64,000 nucleotides of DNA, taken from positions 32,001 through 96,000 of the forward strand of contig JBHLPH010000001.1 in assembly GCA_048939625.1 (NCBI GenBank). Reading direction: 5' to 3'. Position numbers and translations under genes: made by a program. How positions within the stretch are numbered: position 1 is the stretch's first letter; each line of letters begins with the position of its first letter. The notes below the pieces were generated by a model. It worked only from the letters and a program-made list of their open reading frames with translations. It did no database searches and was not told the origin of the DNA. The DNA comes from Promethearchaeota archaeon (GTDB taxonomy: Archaea; Asgardarchaeota; Hermodarchaeia; Hermodarchaeales; Hermodarchaeaceae). Below, piece by piece: positions 9,780 to 18,744 of the stretch.

Positions 9780-11744
9780 CTAATTTTCATTCTCATCGCT
9801 TGATGTGTAATCGAGTAGGCGTTTCTGTTGTTTAGGAGGTTTCCGATCGCGTGATTCTAGAGTTTCTTCAGTCGTGTCATTAAATGGCTGTGCAATCTCA
9901 TCGGAGAGATAAGCATCAAGGGGACGAGATTGCTGTTTGGGAAATTCAATATCTAATGGAACAAGAATTTGTTCAAAGGCCATTTCGAGTTTGCGGATGT
10001 AGTCAGGAATATCGATTTCATCTTTGGTAGCCATATGTGTGGGTTTCACTGTGAAAGTGCGTGCGCCATATCGGAAGGGATTAACCTTGACGAAGCGGAC
10101 TTCGTCCCGTTTTTTCACTTTAATTCCTTTATCACTTAGCTGTTGTAGAGCCTGATATGGTTGTGCCAATGCTGTACCTTTTTCCCGCTCTTTGTCCCCT
10201 TTCCACACTTTGACCCGATACTCCATTTCATCAACTGCAAAATCGCGTCGGCGAAGCCGTGTAATTTCTCGTTGCAAGATGCCTACAATTTCTAGTTTTG
10301 CATCTTCCAATTTGGCGGGGTTTTCGACTAAGGCAAGAGGTTTGACGGCTTCTAAGAAGATTTCTCGAAATCGTGGTGGGGTACTGGACTTTCCTAATGT
10401 AATTCCTTTAATGTCAGGTTTCCCATCCTGGAGAATGCCAAAATAGGCTTTTTTCGCTGAGCTGAAAACACAGAGCTTGTATACTACATCGATGGCGAGT
10501 TTGAGTTTCAGTTCATCTTGAACGATTTTGATTAGCCAATCAATCTGCTTTGGGTTGGGATTGTCCAAAAAGATAGAATCTGTATCACCATAGATAGGAT
10601 GCATGCTGTGTTCAATGGCGAAATCCCAAGTTGTGCGTAATGACCATCGACCGTATGCCATCATTGATTCGGCTAATGGAGGACTTGCCAGACCTTGGAT
10701 GCGAATGGTGACCCCGCCACTGCTGACAAGAAGAAATTTCAAAAGATCAGAAATGGTTCTGGCTTGGGTACGTTGCTTTTGAGGTAAATTCATTTGTCGA
10801 CTGCGCGGTTTGAACCAATGGATTCGGAGGTCTTTGAGAGCCCCGATGAGGGCACTGAAAATTCCTCGTCGTTGGTTACATACATAATGAGGTTCATCGG
10901 GAACTGCATGGGTTTTGCAATCATCATGTTCACAGTCCATAGTTTCATAGGAGAGGTTGTATGTATCAATAAGGCTAGGGTAGAGAGATTCAAAGTCTAA
11001 GACGGTCATGTTGTAATAGGTGCCTGGTGTGGGAGCAATGGTTAGAGCCCCTTCGACACGGTGGGGTTTGTGACCTTTGGTTAGGTCATCTGGATTGGGT
11101 ATTAAGATGCCCAGTTTTCGGTAGGTTGTATGAAGCATGGACCGGATCCATTCGGAGACGCTTCGGCTGGTCAGTGCCCGTCTAAAAGGGATGTTAGCAA
11201 TTCTTGCGAGCATGCTTGCCCATAAAATCTTAGATTCATCATAGGTTGTATTCGATGTAAGTAGAGATTGAGGAATTTCAGGCACAGGTTGAACGGCATA
11301 TCGGAAGTATTCTTTCAAGAAAGCAAATTTTAATGGATCTTGGTCCGCAGTCTCTGCGAAGAGAGTATCGAATTCATCGAGCTCTGTGCTGGGAAAATGT
11401 AAATCGAGAGAGTAGCCTCTTTGTGATTTTATATGGGGGCAGCCAAAACGTTGGTTCTGGTCATAGACATAACTTAGACCTGGATCGATGTTTCGTTCCC
11501 ATTCACGGTCTAGGCGAGTCTGAAGAGAGGAAGGGACCCGCGCAACAGTGATGAACTCGTCTTTCATTAGTTCCTTTCGTTGAACAGCTTCCCCTAACGT
11601 TGCCGGTTGAGCATAGAAGTAGGGCTCAAAATCCAATTTGATGGTGGTGAGTTTTTGACTAGCGGAGTCAAGGAAGGTTAGCATAACTGCGTGATCGGTT
11701 TCGGAATAGACCGCGTCTAATAACCAGAAGCGATTATCCGACAT
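9780..11744 (-). CDS. polB: B-family DNA polymerase, PolB1-like, lacking the 3'-5' exonuclease domain
   Basis: Motif A DFESLYPS; motif C YGDTDS; KKAYFG; altered motif B KFLLVSSGG; C-terminal PIP-like boxes. Confidence 0.9.
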   Translation of the reverse strand: MSDNRFWLLDAVYSETDHAVMLTFLDSASQKLTTIKLDFEPYFYAQPATLGEAVQRKELMKDEFITVARVPSSLQTRLDREWERNIDPGLSYVYDQNQRFGCPHIKSQRGYSLDLHFPSTELDEFDTLFAETADQDPLKFAFLKEYFRYAVQPVPEIPQSLLTSNTTYDESKILWASMLARIANIPFRRALTSRSVSEWIRSMLHTTYRKLGILIPNPDDLTKGHKPHRVEGALTIAPTPGTYYNMTVLDFESLYPSLIDTYNLSYETMDCEHDDCKTHAVPDEPHYVCNQRRGIFSALIGALKDLRIHWFKPRSRQMNLPQKQRTQARTISDLLKFLLVSSGGVTIRIQGLASPPLAESMMAYGRWSLRTTWDFAIEHSMHPIYGDTDSIFLDNPNPKQIDWLIKIVQDELKLKLAIDVVYKLCVFSSAKKAYFGILQDGKPDIKGITLGKSSTPPRFREIFLEAVKPLALVENPAKLEDAKLEIVGILQREITRLRRRDFAVDEMEYRVKVWKGDKEREKGTALAQPYQALQQLSDKGIKVKKRDEVRFVKVNPFRYGARTFTVKPTHMATKDEIDIPDYIRKLEMAFEQILVPLDIEFPKQQSRPLDAYLSDEIAQPFNDTTEETLESRDRKPPKQQKRLLDYTSSDENEN

Positions 11745-11805
11745 TCCTTATACACCTAGCCAGCTTGGAATGGGAGTTCCTTTGGTTTTAACCTTACCCT
11801 AATCG

Positions 11806-13566
11806 CTACAGGTAGATTGGAAGGATGGCGGCCATGAGCCAAGAGAAAAGAAAGGCATTGAAGAAGACTGCAATATAGAAGCGGTTACTTAATCGATAGG
11901 ACCAGGCAAGGTATGTTGTGGAAACAGCGTACATGGGGATGAAAATCCAGAGGAACAGAAGGTAAAAACCCATAAATCCAGAGATAAAGGGACCACCGAT
12001 TATGAAACTCATTACGGTTTGAATGAAAAGGATGAACGCCATAATGAGAACTTTGATGAAAATTGCTTTACTTGTCCACCAGGTCTGAGTGTACCACCAC
12101 TTCTCTTGTGGTTTCGTACGAAGATAGCCCATGATCCAAAGTCCATCAATGAGGGTCACAGGAAGCAAGAGGAAGAAGTATAGTGGAACAAAGAGGGCAC
12201 GCAGAGGTGAGAGGGCTTTCAAGAAAGGGAGAAACACTCGGAAGTCTAAGGCTAAGTATAGGTCAACAGGAATAACCCAAAGGTACAACCAGATAATTCC
12301 GATCAGCCCTAATAGGAAGCCAATAGAGAGGGTCATTATTAGCGATTTGATGCCGCCATTCTTTAAACCATTAAAGCCACCTAAGTCATTCCATGAAGGA
12401 GGATCTTCTTTTCGTTGAAGGAAGAATTTAATGCAGATGAGAAGAAGGAAGGCTACTAATCCCCCCAGAAATAACCCTAAGACAACGGGCAATCCTAGGC
12501 TTTGTGGATAAGTGAAAGGAAGGTTAACCAATAGCATGGCAAATAGGGCTAAAAGACCAAGTACTCCATAAAGAAGACCCATTGCCAGATAAAGTGGTGT
12601 TTTGGCAAAATATCTTGAATTGGGTGAGTGTTGAATTCGACGGAATGGTTTGAATTGAATCAAGATTGTGAAAAGGGCCAGAGTTGATAATACCGCACCA
12701 AGACAGGAAATAAGGCCACCTGCCACCCACATGGGATAAAGGAGAAGGGTGCTTGGAATCCAATAGGCATCAGGGGTTCCCTTCAAACTGGTCATGAGCC
12801 ATTCTGTGGTTGCGCTGATACAAGTTGGATCTATTGTTTCGAACAGATGATTAGTGGGAGGGAGAATGACCATTCGAGCGGTTCCGGTTGCAAAGTTTCC
12901 GTAAAGTTGTCCTGGAATGACAGGTGTAGTGGTGTTAAATGGAGTGGCAAGCGAGTTTAGTAATTCTGGGACATCGAAAAGTTCATCATATAATCCTACA
13001 ACCACAAAGATATTTCGTGGAACCGAAGCATTGGCCCAAGTTGCCATATTACTACTACCGCCTCCAACAAGAACCAAGCTATCGACGGGTGTAGAAGTCT
13101 CGTTTAAGGTCTGGATGGCAATTCCTGCACCCATGCTGTGACCTACCATACCAAGGGTGCTGACATAGGCAAGTCCGTTTAGATAGTCTAGGGCGGCTAT
13201 TCCTCCTTGATCTGTATTTGATCCGACACTGGGTCCTGAATTTCCATGTCCGACAGCATCGATTGTAAGAACCACAAATCCCCGTCGGGCTAGTTCGATG
13301 CCAAAGGCCATTACCCATTCCTTTGATTGAATAACACCATGAATCACTACAACTCCCGGTAATGGAGTCGCAGGTGTAGCAGCAAGAGGTCGCTGGAGAA
13401 TCCCGGAAATTGGGACACCACCGGAAGTCGTTAGGGTAATTTCAGTGGCTTGGACTGTGCCTAAGTTGTTCTGAGCCCCCCAAGCGAGAGCTATTCCACT
13501 TATCATCATAAGGATGCTAAGGATGAAAACAAGATAGCGAGGACGTATTCCTGCCATTGGCTCCAC
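11806..13566 (-). CDS. Alpha/beta hydrolase with C-terminal polytopic membrane domain
   Basis: VVVIHG, GHGNS, GHSMG nucleophile elbow, catalytic D/H candidates (YDE, NH); about 8 C-terminal TMs. Confidence 0.88.
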   Translation of the reverse strand: MEPMAGIRPRYLVFILSILMMISGIALAWGAQNNLGTVQATEITLTTSGGVPISGILQRPLAATPATPLPGVVVIHGVIQSKEWVMAFGIELARRGFVVLTIDAVGHGNSGPSVGSNTDQGGIAALDYLNGLAYVSTLGMVGHSMGAGIAIQTLNETSTPVDSLVLVGGGSSNMATWANASVPRNIFVVVGLYDELFDVPELLNSLATPFNTTTPVIPGQLYGNFATGTARMVILPPTNHLFETIDPTCISATTEWLMTSLKGTPDAYWIPSTLLLYPMWVAGGLISCLGAVLSTLALFTILIQFKPFRRIQHSPNSRYFAKTPLYLAMGLLYGVLGLLALFAMLLVNLPFTYPQSLGLPVVLGLFLGGLVAFLLLICIKFFLQRKEDPPSWNDLGGFNGLKNGGIKSLIMTLSIGFLLGLIGIIWLYLWVIPVDLYLALDFRVFLPFLKALSPLRALFVPLYFFLLLPVTLIDGLWIMGYLRTKPQEKWWYTQTWWTSKAIFIKVLIMAFILFIQTVMSFIIGGPFISGFMGFYLLFLWIFIPMYAVSTTYLAWSYRLSNRFYIAVFFNAFLFSWLMAAILPIYL

Positions 13567-13674
13567 CTTTTCTGAAGCCCCCCTCCTGTGTGATTTTGTA
13601 TATTACTGTATAGGGAATAGCGAATCTAGGTTGAGAAAGCCCGGCAACTTATATAGCCGAGTGAAACTGGCGAG

Positions 13675-14112
13675 TTGTTGATGATATTGAAGCATGTGTT
13701 GTTTGTCTGTGTTCAGAACGCAGGTCGCAGTCAAATGGCGGGTGCCTTTGCTCAGAAATATGGAGAAGGACGAATCACCGTCTCTACGGGAGGTACACAT
13801 CCGGCAAATCAAGTACATCCCGAAGTTGTTAAAGTTATGCAAGAGAAAGGAATTGATATCTCGGAGAATGTTCCGCGTCGAATATCAGTTGCTGAACTGA
13901 ATGCGGCGGATCAGGTAGTGGTAATGGGATGTGGTGCCGAAAGTTTCTGCCCAGCTCCCCTACTCATTAAGGTCATAGATTGGGACTTGGAGGACCCTGC
14001 TGGACAACCCCTTAAAAAAGTTAGAAAAATCCGAGATGAAATTGAACGTCGTGTTGTTCACCTTATCGATAACATGACCGCGATTGAAACACAAGGTACT
14101 AATTCTACTTAA
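13675..14112 (+). CDS. arsC: Arsenate reductase / LMW protein-tyrosine-phosphatase family
   Basis: FVCVQNAGRSQMA P-loop; MGCG..CP; WDLEDP. True start may be TTG 13687. Confidence 0.9.
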   Translation: MLMILKHVLFVCVQNAGRSQMAGAFAQKYGEGRITVSTGGTHPANQVHPEVVKVMQEKGIDISENVPRRISVAELNAADQVVVMGCGAESFCPAPLLIKVIDWDLEDPAGQPLKKVRKIRDEIERRVVHLIDNMTAIETQGTNST

Positions 14113-14201
14113 GGGAAAAGACCTAAGGAAAATCGGTAAATCAGAGGATTTTATAAAAAGGATAATAGTGGATTGAGTATCGAAAGAAATCTTAGGAGCC
14201 T

Positions 14202-14753
14202 GTGAGTATGCAGCCTTTAGAACACCTAGTGAAAGAGCACCGATTAATTGCTCAGGCAGTCAATGTCACAAAGAGTTTTCGCAAAGAGATTGCTTCTGGT
14301 AGCCCCATTCGACCACGCCGTTATTGGTGGCTCATTGATTTTTGGAGCACCTATGCAGATCTGATTCACCATGGAAAGGAAGAACAATGGCTTTTCCCTT
14401 ACGTAATAGAGCATGGAGGGAGCGCTGAGTTCGGAGACACCATAGATAAGTTAGTGGAGGAGCATATGTACCTTCTTGCATATATTGCAGAACTTCGCCG
14501 ATTTGCACGTCCAATGTTTACTGGAGAACCTTCGGCTCGCGAGAGAGTTATCAGCTGTCTTGATAGGTATGTTGAACTCATCCAACCTCATATCAAGTTA
14601 GAGGATGAAGAACTCTTTCCAGCTGCCAATCAACTCCTATCAAAAACTGAATTGGATGAATTAGCCAAAGAGTTTAAGGCAAGGGATGCACGAACGGGGA
14701 CAAAAGTACAAATCTATTATACCGATCTGGTAAACAAACTACAGGAAAAGTGA
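14202..14753 (+). CDS. Hemerythrin/HHE cation-binding domain protein
   Basis: EH, HHGKEE..LFP, EEH, HIKLED..LFP. Confidence 0.9.
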   Translation: MSMQPLEHLVKEHRLIAQAVNVTKSFRKEIASGSPIRPRRYWWLIDFWSTYADLIHHGKEEQWLFPYVIEHGGSAEFGDTIDKLVEEHMYLLAYIAELRRFARPMFTGEPSARERVISCLDRYVELIQPHIKLEDEELFPAANQLLSKTELDELAKEFKARDARTGTKVQIYYTDLVNKLQEK

Positions 14754-15181
14754 AAACCATGGCTCACGACCGTTTGATCGAACTGCTTGAAACCCAACTC
14801 ACCTTAGAAAAAGAATCTGCTCGAGCCCTTCGGAAAGAAATGGAAGACATTGATCATTTGGGAATCAAAATCCTCTTTGAAATCTGTGCAGCAGATTCCA
14901 CAAAACACGCTAGCATGGTACAAATGCTGCTTGATGCTTTGAAGAACGAACCGAAACTCAAAGGGCCTGATGAAAAGACCTATGTGAGTACATGGAAACA
15001 GCGGAACCAAGGACTTGAAGCGATTAAACAGCACATTGACCGTGAAGTGAAGATGATCGAACTCCTTAAGGATGAAATTCTCGCTACCGATGACAAAGTC
15101 CTAAAGACGATTCTCAAACACATCGTCAAAGATGAAGAACGTCATCACAGAATCCTTAAAGAAGAAATTTGGGAGCTCTAG
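14750..15181 (+). CDS. Ferritin-like (rubrerythrin-type) four-helix di-iron protein
   Basis: E..DSTKH and E..DEERHH di-iron ligand pattern. Confidence 0.85.
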   Translation: MKTMAHDRLIELLETQLTLEKESARALRKEMEDIDHLGIKILFEICAADSTKHASMVQMLLDALKNEPKLKGPDEKTYVSTWKQRNQGLEAIKQHIDREVKMIELLKDEILATDDKVLKTILKHIVKDEERHHRILKEEIWEL

Positions 15182-15261
15182 ATCGTTTCTCTGCGAAGAG
15201 GAGAAGTCTTTTTTATAGGTGAATCCCCTTCGGTGTCATTGAAACCCAAGGTGTGAACACC

Positions 15262-15684
15262 ATGTCCGAAGGTCCTCACAAAGAACTACTCGAAATGATT
15301 GCACGGGCAATTAAAATTGAAAAGAAAGCCGTTGCGCTTTACAAAGAAACTGCCGCAACTATAGATAATGCTGCAGTTAAGCTTCTGATTGATGAGCTTG
15401 GTATGGATTCGGGTAAACACGCAAAGATGTATCAAACCGTTGAACGTGTCCTCAAAACCCAGCCATACTCATTCAAAGATTTTCATGAAGAGAAATGGAC
15501 GGATAAGTTGGTTGCCAAACGCGACCTCAAACAGCATATTGAAGTTGAAAAACAAATGATCGAACTTCTGGAAGAACAAATCAAAATCGCCAAGCAACCA
15601 ACAGTAAAAGCCATCCTTGAACACATACTTGAGGATGAAAAACGCCACCACAAAATCCTCATGCAAGTCATTGGCGAGCTCTAA
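15262..15684 (+). CDS. Ferritin-like (rubrerythrin-type) protein, paralog of the upstream gene
   Basis: E..DSGKH and E..DEKRHH; SD AAGGTG before ATG 15262. Confidence 0.85.
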   Translation: MSEGPHKELLEMIARAIKIEKKAVALYKETAATIDNAAVKLLIDELGMDSGKHAKMYQTVERVLKTQPYSFKDFHEEKWTDKLVAKRDLKQHIEVEKQMIELLEEQIKIAKQPTVKAILEHILEDEKRHHKILMQVIGEL

Positions 15685-15745
15685 TTCAACTGAGTTTCAT
15701 AAATTTGCCCACTACATGGGCTAGTTCTCATGTGCCAATCCACTT

Positions 15746-16723
15746 ATGTATAAGGCACGCATGAAAACTGATTTTATGGATATTCGGATTCAGCCCTGGG
15801 ATGAAATTAATCCTGAAGAGATAGCCCGTTTCACTCTTCAGACTAGACGAAACGAAGGCTTAGCCACCAATACGGCTAATATAGACACGTATCTCACTGC
15901 CATCCAATGGTGGACCAATCGAAAACACAGTACACCAATCATCGCCTATGATGGTGACCGAATGGTGGGTTGGCTTGTCTTTTTTTCATTCATTCCAACT
16001 ACCTCGACTATTGGTCGCTGGCATCCAATAGTCGAATCTAATCCCCAAAAAGACGAGATTGCTCAGCAACTCCTCCAAGCAAGCATTAATCACGCCAAGA
16101 AGCATCACTTCGAACGACTCGAAGCTGAATTGGTTGGGATTACAGCTGAGAACGAGACTTGGTATAAACGCTACCAAACTTGGTACAAAACCCTGGGATT
16201 CTTTCTAGCGTCTGAAGAAGCCCGTCTAGAAAAAGAGCTTATTGAGCACCAACCACCTCCAGAACTCCCACCAGAATTCGAGTTCCATTCAATCGACCAT
16301 TTTACTAATGAAGAACTCGAGTCATCATTTTTTGAAATGTTTGATAATAGTAAAGACCGGTTTTGGCTTCACCAGACGAATACCCAACGTAAAGAAACCT
16401 ACGAGTTCTGGTTTGATCGGGAAAGACCCTTTGTAGAAGAAGCGACTGCAGTACTGACGAAAAATGAGGAAATTATCGGATTAACGGTTGTACGTCCTGT
16501 TCAAGAGGCAGGGATGCTGGGACCCATAGCAATAGCTCCAAAATATCGTCGCCGCGGATTAGCACGAACCCTAATGCAATACAGTCTACGGGGGGCAAAG
16601 CATTGCGGAATTACTCGAATACAGCTCGAGTTTGACATTACCAATGAACCTGCGATGAATCTCTACAAGGAGCTGGGGTTCACACATGTGCATCGACTCG
16701 CAATCTTTTCTTTAACATTGTAA
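15746..16723 (+). CDS. Tandem GNAT N-acetyltransferase
   Basis: IAPKYRRRGLARTL, NEPAMNLYKELGF; degenerate N-terminal GNAT repeat. Confidence 0.9.
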   Translation: MYKARMKTDFMDIRIQPWDEINPEEIARFTLQTRRNEGLATNTANIDTYLTAIQWWTNRKHSTPIIAYDGDRMVGWLVFFSFIPTTSTIGRWHPIVESNPQKDEIAQQLLQASINHAKKHHFERLEAELVGITAENETWYKRYQTWYKTLGFFLASEEARLEKELIEHQPPPELPPEFEFHSIDHFTNEELESSFFEMFDNSKDRFWLHQTNTQRKETYEFWFDRERPFVEEATAVLTKNEEIIGLTVVRPVQEAGMLGPIAIAPKYRRRGLARTLMQYSLRGAKHCGITRIQLEFDITNEPAMNLYKELGFTHVHRLAIFSLTL

Positions 16724-16819
16724 TGGGTGAATTACGGAAAACTTCACTGGTATTCCGTTTAAACTTAAATTTACGGAAAAACAGTTAATTTTATATGGGA
16801 GAATCCCCACATTCAAAGA

Positions 16820-17974
16820 TTGGAGACATCGACTTTGCCTAAACCGTCGAGTTGGTCGCCAAACCGTTTCATTCCTTCCAATCGTCCTATATTGGGTGCA
16901 GAAGAAAAAGCGGCGGTTGCAGAGGTCTTAGAAAGTGGCATGCTCACCAACAAATCTGGTGCAGGCCCCTTCACGCTTCGGTTTGAAGAAGCCTTTGCCA
17001 AGTACGTAGGTGCAAAACACGCCATAGCTGTCAACTCTGGAACCGCTGCTCTTCATACTGCATTATTAGCTTTCGACATCAAGGCGGGCGACGAGGTCAT
17101 TGCACCTCCCTTTAGTTTTATAGCGACCACGAACATGGTTCTCCTCAATGGCGCAAAAGTCGTATTTGCCGATATTTCTCCAGATACCTTTAACCTGGAT
17201 CCGAAGAAGGTAGAGGAAGTAATTACTCCAAAGACTAAAGCCATAATGCCTGTTCATCTTTATGGCCACCCCGCCGATATGGATCCATTATTAGACTTAG
17301 CAAAGAAACATGACCTCAAGATTATTGAAGACGCCTGTCAAGCCCACGGATCAAAGTACCGAGGTCGTGATGTTGGCACCGTGGGTGATGTGGGTTGCTT
17401 TAGTCTATATCCGAGTAAAGTCATTACAACCGGTGAAGGAGGACTCCTCACCACCAATGATGACGCGCTTGCTGAAAAACTACGACAAATTCGAACCCAT
17501 GGCGAAATTCGCCCCTATGAATACGTACAACTTGGGCATAATTACCGAATGCCTGAACTTCAATCGGCAATTGGTCTTGCCCAGGTGAAACGGATCCCCA
17601 AGTTTCTAAAAAACCGACGAGCCAACGCCATGTTTCTTACAGAGCAGCTCCAAGACCTCGATAGCATCGTATTACCCACAGAAGCGACTTGGGCGACCCA
17701 TAACTGGTATTTATACACCATCCGAATTCCTCGCCCCCGGAGTCGAGATGCAGTTCAAAAACGCCTCCTTGAAGCGAAGATAGGTGCCGCAATATATTAT
17801 GAGGTTCCCCTCCATCTCACTCCGATTTATCGTCGACTCTTCCAGTATAAGGAAGGGTTGATGCCTATTTCTGAGCAAGCAGCGAAGGAAGTGTTGTCCC
17901 TTCCAGTTCATCCCGCCCTCACTGAGGAAGAGCTAGAATGGATAGTGCAGCAGAGCCGAAACGCCCTCGTGTAG
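16820..17974 (+). CDS. DegT/DnrJ/EryC1/StrS PLP-dependent sugar aminotransferase
   Basis: NSGTAALH, PVHLYG, EDACQAHG, FSLYPSKVITTGEGG, LSLP. Confidence 0.95.
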   Translation: METSTLPKPSSWSPNRFIPSNRPILGAEEKAAVAEVLESGMLTNKSGAGPFTLRFEEAFAKYVGAKHAIAVNSGTAALHTALLAFDIKAGDEVIAPPFSFIATTNMVLLNGAKVVFADISPDTFNLDPKKVEEVITPKTKAIMPVHLYGHPADMDPLLDLAKKHDLKIIEDACQAHGSKYRGRDVGTVGDVGCFSLYPSKVITTGEGGLLTTNDDALAEKLRQIRTHGEIRPYEYVQLGHNYRMPELQSAIGLAQVKRIPKFLKNRRANAMFLTEQLQDLDSIVLPTEATWATHNWYLYTIRIPRPRSRDAVQKRLLEAKIGAAIYYEVPLHLTPIYRRLFQYKEGLMPISEQAAKEVLSLPVHPALTEEELEWIVQQSRNALV

Positions 17975-17978
17975 CAAA

Positions 17979-18030
17979 AATATTTCTGCGAGGCCAGGCG
18001 CAGAATATTGCGTTACCGAGGGCTTCGGTA
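17979..18030. terminator. Two hairpins between convergent genes, probable terminator region
   Basis: AATATTTCTGCG/CGCAGAATATT and TACCGAG/TTCGGTA. Confidence 0.4.
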
Positions 18031-18044
18031 CGATAAGGCGAGTA

Positions 18045-18614
18045 TTAATGATCAATGAGTTCTTGGAGTTTATCCTGGATTTCTTGGGCGAGTGGATGAT
18101 TAGGTTCTTTTTCTAAAAGCTGTTGAGCACGTTCTAGGTCATTGATGGCATCGAAGATAAAACCCGTTTGGCGTTGATGGATAGTTGCAGTCTTGTAGAG
18201 TAGTTCGATAGCCATTGACTCTTGTTCCAAAGCTAAGGAAAGATCGATGGCGTTTTCAACAGCTTGGGTAATATTAATCCAAATATCCTGGTTTTTATCG
18301 CGAACCGCAAAGAAGGAATTGGCAGCCGCCAGAAAAGAATCACGGGCGGCTTCTTGGCGACCAGCCTTTACCTCATATTCAGCGACTCGGAGATAACTTT
18401 TTCCAGCTTGAAGTGGAGCCTCAGCCGCGGTAAATCCAGTGGCTGCGTGGGACCAGAGCTGTTCAAGCTGATTCGTTTGTTGTGCCGCTTCCAGTTTTGC
18501 AGAGGCATTTTCAAATTCCGCGAAGGCGAGTTCGCGTTGCCCTTGGCGAATGAAATCCTCCGCATTTTCAAGATGTGCTTCAAGAACTCGGCGAAGGTCC
18601 TCTTCTTCGTTCAT
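18045..18614 (-). CDS. TPR/alpha-SNAP-like helical repeat protein
   Basis: All-helical repeats A..F..A, W..AA..F, AG.SY...A, A..SF..AA..F; SD AGGAGG upstream. Confidence 0.7.
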   Translation of the reverse strand: MNEEEDLRRVLEAHLENAEDFIRQGQRELAFAEFENASAKLEAAQQTNQLEQLWSHAATGFTAAEAPLQAGKSYLRVAEYEVKAGRQEAARDSFLAAANSFFAVRDKNQDIWINITQAVENAIDLSLALEQESMAIELLYKTATIHQRQTGFIFDAINDLERAQQLLEKEPNHPLAQEIQDKLQELIDH

Positions 18615-18744
18615 GATTATCCTCCTTTACAAGGTGGGGTTAGTTACCCTTCCTACAAATAGGTATGGTGTCAGTCGTAAACATCAAATAAAAGAAAAGG
18701 GGAGGTCTGCATAAGAGAAAATACGATCCACGAAGGGAACTCCT

